NCBI GenBank assembly: GCA_035286745.1
Contig: DATECU010000271.1
Location: 1 to 48,040, forward strand
Reading direction: 5' to 3'
Origin: Vicinamibacteria bacterium
GTDB lineage: Bacteria; Acidobacteriota; Vicinamibacteria; Fen-336
DNA: 48,040 nt
In this document: positions 43,692 through 48,040 of the stretch, one piece after another
How positions within the stretch are numbered: position 1 is the stretch's first letter
How the letters are laid out: every line of letters begins with the position of its first letter
Notes under the pieces: model-generated
The model's database searches: none
Told to the model about the DNA's origin: nothing
Seen by the model: the letters and a program-made list of their open reading frames with translations, nothing else
Position numbers and translations under genes: made by a program

Positions 43692-45826
43692 AGCCGCCCA
43701 GAGCTCACGGCAAGCCCAAGAAGCGCGAACCCGAGCTGTTCCTGAATCGCGAGCTGTCCTGGCTCCAGTTCAACGGCCGGGTGCTGGAGGAGGCCGTCGA
43801 TCCCGCCAACCCGCTCTTGGAGCGGCTGAAGTTTGCCACCATCGTCGCCTCCAACCTCGACGAGTTCTTCATGGTGCGGGTGGCCGCCCTGCAGCATGCG
43901 GTCCAGGAGGGCGACACCTCCCCCGACCTGGCCGGCCTCACCCCTGGCCAGCAGCTCAAGGAGATCTCGCTGCGCGCGCACGAGATGGTGGATCAGCTCT
44001 ATCGCGCTCTTTCGGACGAGATCCTGCCCGCTCTCGCCGAACGCGGCATCCGCCTGGTCTCGGTCGGGAGCCTCGACCCCGGGCTCCGACCGCCCCTGGC
44101 CAGGCACTTCCGAGACGAGATCCTCCCCGTCTTGACCCCGCTCGCCATCGATTTCTCCCGGCCCTTCCCCATGCTCTTGAGCCTGAGCCTCAACCTGGCC
44201 GTGCTCCTGGGACCGGCCGAGGGGGAGGATCAGAAGCGTTTGGCGGTGGTCCAGGTCCCGGCGCGTCTGCCGCGTCTGGTGCGTCCGGTGGGCGGCGACG
44301 GGACCAGCTACGTGCTGCTGGAGGACCTGATCCGGTCCGAGCTCTCCGCCCTCTTCCCCGGCCAGGAGGTGCAGGAGGCGGCGGTGTTCCGCGTCTCCCG
44401 TGACGCCGAGCTGGACCTGGACGACGAGGGCGGTCGCGACTATCTGGAAGCGCTGGAAGAGGAGCTTCGGAAGCGACGCCGCAGCCAGGTGGTCCGCCTG
44501 GAGCTGGAGGCGTCGGCGAGCGAGGCCCTGCTTGCGCTTCTCACCGACCGCCTGGAAGTGACCGCCGGCGATGTCTACCGCGTGCGGGGCCAGCTCGACA
44601 TTCGCGCCCTCCACGCCCTGGTCGAGCTGCCCGCCCTCGAAGACCTGCGCGATGCACCGCTCAAGCCGCTGGCCGCCCTCGAGGCTAAAGCCCAAGAGGC
44701 CGTCTTCGAGGTTCTCGACGAACGCGACGTCCTCTTCCATCACCCCTACGACTCCTTCGACCCGGTGGTGAGCCTGGTTTCCCGTGCGGCCGACGATCCC
44801 GACGTGCTCGCCATCAAGCAGACCCTGTACCGCACCAGCGGCGATTCCCCGGTGGTGCAGGCGCTGGCCCGGGCCGCCGAGCAGGGCAAGCAGGTCACCG
44901 TGCTGGTCGAGCTTCTGGCTCGCTTCGACGAGCAGAGCAACCTGCGTTGGGCGCGCAGCCTGGAAGAAGCCGGGGCCCACGTCATCTACGGCATCCGGGG
45001 GTTCAAGACCCACGCCAAGATCTGCCTGGTGGTGCGCCGCGGGCGTCAGGGCATTAGGCGTTACGTGCACCTGGGCACCGGCAACTACAACGACCGCACG
45101 GCCCGCGCCTACAGCGACTTCGGACTGATGACCGCGGATTCCGCCATCGGCGAGGACGCCTCGGCCTTCTTCAATACCCTCACCGGCTACTCGGATGCTC
45201 CGCGCATGAAGAAACTGGCCATGGCCCCCACCGGCTTGCGCGAGCGCTTCCTGAAGCTCATCGAGCGCGAGAGGCGGCGGGCGGAAGAGGGGCAGGCCGC
45301 CGAGATCCGGGCCAAGATGAACTCCCTGGTCGACGAGGACATCATCCGCGCCCTCTACGACGCTTCCCGGGCCGGCGTCCGCGTTCGTTTGAACGTGCGG
45401 GGCATCTGCTGCCTGCGCCCTGGCCTCAAGGGCGTCTCCGACAGCATCGAGGTGGTGTCCATCGTCGACCGCTTCCTGGAGCACGCCCGCGTCTTCGCCT
45501 TCCGGAACGGCGGTGACGAAGATGTGTACCTGGGCAGCGTCGACTGGATGCCGCGCAACCTCGACCGGCGCATCGAGTTGCTGTTCCCGGTGGAGGCCCC
45601 GGAGCCGCGGCAGAAGGTGCTGGCCGCGTTAGAGGCGATGTTCGCCGACAACGTGAAGGCCCGCGCCTTGCTCCCCGACGGCAGCTACCGCCGCCGCCGC
45701 CCGGCCAAGGGCGACGACGCCTTCCGCGCCCAACTCCACCTCTACCGCGAGGCCCAGAAGGCGGTCGACCGCGCCCGTGCGGCGTCCGGTGTGCTGCTCG
45801 CGCCCCTCACCTCGCCCGAGGGGTGA
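43688..45826 (+). CDS. ppk: Polyphosphate kinase 1
   Basis: ATG overlaps the ppx stop (ATGA). FLNRELSWLQFNGRVLEEA, KTHAKICLVVRR, GTGNYN, SVDWMPRNLDRRIELLFP. Confidence 0.95.
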   Translation: MKPPRAHGKPKKREPELFLNRELSWLQFNGRVLEEAVDPANPLLERLKFATIVASNLDEFFMVRVAALQHAVQEGDTSPDLAGLTPGQQLKEISLRAHEMVDQLYRALSDEILPALAERGIRLVSVGSLDPGLRPPLARHFRDEILPVLTPLAIDFSRPFPMLLSLSLNLAVLLGPAEGEDQKRLAVVQVPARLPRLVRPVGGDGTSYVLLEDLIRSELSALFPGQEVQEAAVFRVSRDAELDLDDEGGRDYLEALEEELRKRRRSQVVRLELEASASEALLALLTDRLEVTAGDVYRVRGQLDIRALHALVELPALEDLRDAPLKPLAALEAKAQEAVFEVLDERDVLFHHPYDSFDPVVSLVSRAADDPDVLAIKQTLYRTSGDSPVVQALARAAEQGKQVTVLVELLARFDEQSNLRWARSLEEAGAHVIYGIRGFKTHAKICLVVRRGRQGIRRYVHLGTGNYNDRTARAYSDFGLMTADSAIGEDASAFFNTLTGYSDAPRMKKLAMAPTGLRERFLKLIERERRRAEEGQAAEIRAKMNSLVDEDIIRALYDASRAGVRVRLNVRGICCLRPGLKGVSDSIEVVSIVDRFLEHARVFAFRNGGDEDVYLGSVDWMPRNLDRRIELLFPVEAPEPRQKVLAALEAMFADNVKARALLPDGSYRRRRPAKGDDAFRAQLHLYREAQKAVDRARAASGVLLAPLTSPEG

Positions 45827-45841
45827 CCGGGCGGCGGGCGA

Positions 45842-46441
45842 CTACGCGCGCCGCCGTTCGAGGGCGGTCACGCGCGCATCCAGTGGAACCAGCGTGTCGA
45901 TCTTGCCGTCCACGGTCTCGACCTTGGTCTCGATGGCCTCGACTCTAGTGTCGATTCTCTCCACCTTGGTCTCGATGGCCTCGACTCTGGTGTCGATCCT
46001 CTCGACCTTGGTTTCGATGGCCTCGACTCTGGTGTCGATCCCCTCGACCTTGGTTTCGATGGCCTCGACTCTGGTGTCCATCCTCTGAACGGCGGCTTCG
46101 ATGGCCTCGACTCTGGTGTCGATCCTCTCCACCTTGGTTTCGATAGCCTCGACTCTGGTGTCGATCCTCTGAACCGTGGTTTCGAGCTTGTCGACCTTGG
46201 TCTCAAGGCGCCGAAGGTCCCTGCCGTTGCTTCGGACCGCAGTCTCTAGCGTCTCGAACCGGGCCGCGGTTGTCTGCTCGAAACTGCTGATCCTCGCGTC
46301 GAGAACCGCCCGCACCGTCTGGACCTCTTCGATGGTCGTGCGGTTCTGCGAGCGAATCTCCTCGAGGATCACCTGCCAGGCCGGTCCCGAGGATCCGCGC
46401 GAGGGCTTCGGCCGGCCCGAAGTGGGCTTCTTGGAGGGCAT
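45842..46441 (-). CDS. Cytoplasmic coiled-coil protein built from T(R/K)VExI(E/D) heptads
   Basis: 199 aa with no signal peptide or TM helix. The C-terminal two thirds are (TRVEAIE TKVERID)n. Arg is encoded by AGA/AGG inside the repeats, unlike neighbouring genes. Confidence 0.7.
   Translation of the reverse strand: MPSKKPTSGRPKPSRGSSGPAWQVILEEIRSQNRTTIEEVQTVRAVLDARISSFEQTTAARFETLETAVRSNGRDLRRLETKVDKLETTVQRIDTRVEAIETKVERIDTRVEAIEAAVQRMDTRVEAIETKVEGIDTRVEAIETKVERIDTRVEAIETKVERIDTRVEAIETKVETVDGKIDTLVPLDARVTALERRRA
45917..46210. repeat. 42-bp tandem repeat (6 good units plus 1 degenerate) inside the coiled-coil gene
   Basis: Unit CTCGACCTTGGTYTCGATGGCCTCGACTCTGGTGTCGATCCT begins at 45917, 45959, 46001, 46043, 46085, 46127 and 46169. 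Confidence 0.85.
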
Positions 46442-46597
46442 CGCGGGTAAAGTCTACCTGCGAGCGGCCGCCTGCGCCACTGGAAAACCCGCGCAGCGCC
46501 ACCAGCTCCCGCCAAGGGAGGTTCGCGATAGGCACGGCCTAGAGCACAGCATCGACGAGGGCCTCGGCCTTCCGCGCCATCGCCCCGCCCTGGTGAC

Positions 46598-47187
46598 CCC
46601 GGCCTGGCGGGCGGGGAACTGGATCCCGAGGGGTCCCAGGCCCTCATCCCCTTCACTTCGGAGTTCGAGACCTACGACCCGACGGTGGTGGGGACGATCG
46701 AGGAGACCTACACCTCGGCTGGGGTGGTGGTCTCGGGGGAGCGGGCTTACGTTCTGGAGAGCCAGTTCGAGAGGGGCTTGCTCCGGACCTACGACGTGAG
46801 CGATCCGGAGCAGCCGCGGGAGCTGGGCGGCTCGTGGATGGTGCTGGGGCGGGCGGTGGACCTGAAGGGAGAGAAGGCGAGCCCCGTGCTTCCCGAGAAC
46901 CTGGACATCGTGGTGGCCGGGACCACCGTCAACTGGAGGTCGCGCCCGTCGAACCTCTACGTGTTCGACGTGTCCTCGGACCGGCCGTCGGAGATTGGAG
47001 CGGTCAGCGTTAGCCCCAGCTCGGTGGCCGGGACGCTCAGCCGGTTCGTGGTCAAGGGGACCGGGCCTTCACCATCACCTGGCACCGTGCTTCCTCGAAC
47101 TCCACCCAGGTGTACGTGGGGGCGGAGGTGGCGAACCTCAACCGCATGCTGGAGAAGGGCCACCCGCGGGAGCGGGTCAAGCAGTAA
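46598..47187 (+). pseudogene. Beta-propeller-like (LVIVD-type motif) gene remnant with a frameshift in a G4 run
   Basis: The frame is open from 46598 with no ATG (only GTG at 46685). Motifs LRTYDVSDPEQPRELG and LYVFDVSSDRPSEIG. The frame breaks at GGGG 47056-47059. Adding one G restores ...RFVVKGDRAFTITWH...VANLNRMLEKGHPRERVKQ* (stop at 47187). Confidence 0.4.
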
Positions 47188-47202
47188 AGCAGCAGCCTTG
47201 TC

Positions 47203-47460
47203 ATGGCGACGACAACGAGGCAGATCCCCGGGCCCAGCGGTTACGCTCACATCGTCAAGCGGCCCAGGTACTGTGGCGGCAAGGCGGCGATCGAGAAGGC
47301 GCACATCCGCGTCAACAACATTGCCTCGCTGCTCAAGCAAGGCAAGACCCCGGAGCAGATGATCGAGGCCTATCCACACCTCACCATGGCCCAGGTGTAC
47401 GGCGCCCTGGTCTACTACGACCCACACCGAGGAGATCGACGCCGACTCGGCTCACCTGAG
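47203..47460 (+). pseudogene. DUF433-family protein, apparently frameshifted near its 3' end
   Basis: GGKAAIEKAHIRVNNIASLLKQGKTPEQMIEAYPHLTMAQVYGALVYY is typical DUF433. After CAC at 47425-47427, the +1 frame reads EEIDADSAHL (the expected tail), while the annotated frame runs into low-complexity sequence. Confidence 0.5.
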
Positions 47461-47681
47461 CGGCCGGTCGTGGGCCCCGTGGCCCCGGAGCCCTCGTCGG
47501 CTCCTTCGCGCTCTACACCGGCGTCGACGTGCGACACTCCCAGGTCCTGCTGGGCCCCGCCTCCTTGGACTCAGCCCTGGTCGACCTGGGGACGAAGGTC
47601 GCGAACCTCAACCTCATCCTCGAGAAAAGCCCCCCGCGCGAGAAGCCCACACCGTTCCCACCACCGAGCCCTGATACGTAG
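47460..47681 (+). pseudogene. Orphan C-terminal fragment paralogous to the 3' end of the 46598-47187 remnant
   Basis: Reads ...SFALYTGVDVRHSQVLLGP...LGTKVANLNLILEKSPPREKP..* against ...FTITWHRASSNSTQVYVGAEVANLNRMLEKGHPRER...*. The differences are largely synonymous or conservative. Confidence 0.3.
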
Positions 47682-47705
47682 CGGACAAGGTGCTACCATA
47701 CGTAC

Positions 47706-47930
47706 ATGTACAAGCTGACGCTGAGCGTGGACGAGAAGATCGCGAGCCGGGCCAAGAGGTACGCCGAGCGGAAAGGGACCTCCGTTTCCGATATCGTCGA
47801 GCGCTTCCTTGATGTCGTCTCGCGGCCGGCCCGAACTCAGGATTTCCCCGAGCTCCACCGGCTCCGAGGATGCCTCAAGGGAACGGACCCTGAGGCCTAC
47901 CGCAAGCAGCTACTGCGGAAGTACCGGTGA
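47706..47930 (+). CDS. Type II antitoxin (DUF6364/VapB-like, RHH-type)
   Basis: MYKLTLSVDEKIASRAKRYAERKGTSVSDIVERFL. Its stop overlaps the start of the PIN gene. Confidence 0.7.
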   Translation: MYKLTLSVDEKIASRAKRYAERKGTSVSDIVERFLDVVSRPARTQDFPELHRLRGCLKGTDPEAYRKQLLRKYR

Positions 47931-48040
47931 GGCGGCTGCTGTTCGACCTGAACGTGGTCCTGGACGTCCTCTTCGAGCGCACCCCTCACGTGACCGAGGC
48001 GGCGGCGCTGTGGCGGGCGTCGAAGGATGGCGCGGTCCTT
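47927..48040 (+). CDS. vapC: PIN-domain toxin (VapC-like), 5' part only (cut by the window end)
   Basis: GTG overlaps the antitoxin stop (GTGA). VRRLLFDLNVVLDVL is a typical PIN N-terminus with the first acidic residue. Confidence 0.7.
   Translation, partial: MRRLLFDLNVVLDVLFERTPHVTEAAALWRASKDGAVL

Noticed and set aside
43430-45484. 684-aa minus-strand ORF
   Set aside because: It is antisense to ppk1, which is unambiguous. It is a shadow ORF.
45777-46088. 103-aa plus-strand ORF with STLVSMASTLVSIL repeats
   Set aside because: It is the antisense reading of the 42-bp tandem repeat. The minus-strand frame gives a clean heptad coiled coil with a plausible start and G/C-rich third positions in its non-repeat part.
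45917-46210. Possible CRISPR array (regular ~42-bp repeats)
   Set aside because: The repeats are directly contiguous with no unique spacers. They lie in-frame inside a CDS, and no cas genes are present.
46442-46535. Start of a 110-aa minus-strand ORF (MPIANLPWRELVALRGF...) upstream of, and overlapping, the coiled-coil gene
   Set aside because: Most of it overlaps the better-supported coiled-coil frame. The non-overlapping 31 codons have coding-like G/C third positions and might be a remnant of an antitoxin-like gene end. I cannot assign a family or a functional start.
1-48040. Mobile genetic element or defence island (transposase, integrase, restriction-modification, Cas, retron, abortive-infection genes)
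   Set aside because: No such genes were recognised in any frame. The only mobility or addiction-type content is two type II TA pairs, a Uma2 nuclease-fold gene and the decayed fragments at 46.6-47.7 kb.

Overview
This is a GC-rich bacterial chromosomal segment, densely coded on both strands. I support about 47 protein-coding genes or gene remnants. I found no rRNA, tRNA, CRISPR array, transposase or integrase. All family calls come from motifs read in the translations; no BLAST or HMM search was possible. Positions 1-21.9 kb hold mixed housekeeping genes: an ECF sigma module, a HAD hydrolase, an OprO/P-type porin, dtd, a Ser/Thr kinase, a ferredoxin, a tandem PilZ protein, a DmpA peptidase, rtcB, csp, an archaeal-type MetAP, yciH, an SDR, an alpha/beta hydrolase, an agmatinase-family enzyme, yefM-yoeB, an acyltransferase, a long GT51 transglycosylase, Uma2, oligopeptidase B and a PaaZ-like ALDH. 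Positions 22-45.8 kb form a very large phosphate-homeostasis supercluster. It runs OprO/P porin, pstSCAB, phoU, an extra OmpR-type regulator, convergent phoBR, then sixA-CHAD divergent from ppx-ppk1. Two large paralogous secreted ELWxxDGT-repeat proteins of unknown function sit in it, one at its left edge and one beside phoBR. They share repeat architecture, signal-peptide junction, C-terminal tail and a conserved promoter block. This is my best candidate for an undescribed system. Positions 45.8-48 kb look like a small decaying accessory islet. It holds a coiled-coil gene built from 42-bp tandem repeats, two frameshifted gene remnants, a duplicated C-terminal fragment and a vapBC-like pair cut by the window edge. 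Other notable signals are two copies of an inverted-repeat element built from phased NNTCAGC heptamers (after rtcB, and between pstB and phoU). There is also a four-unit, 11-bp-phased PHO-box-like array upstream of the porin-pst operon. Finally, -10-like hexamers recur 6-9 nt upstream of ATG starts that lack Shine-Dalgarno sites, suggesting leaderless mRNAs.
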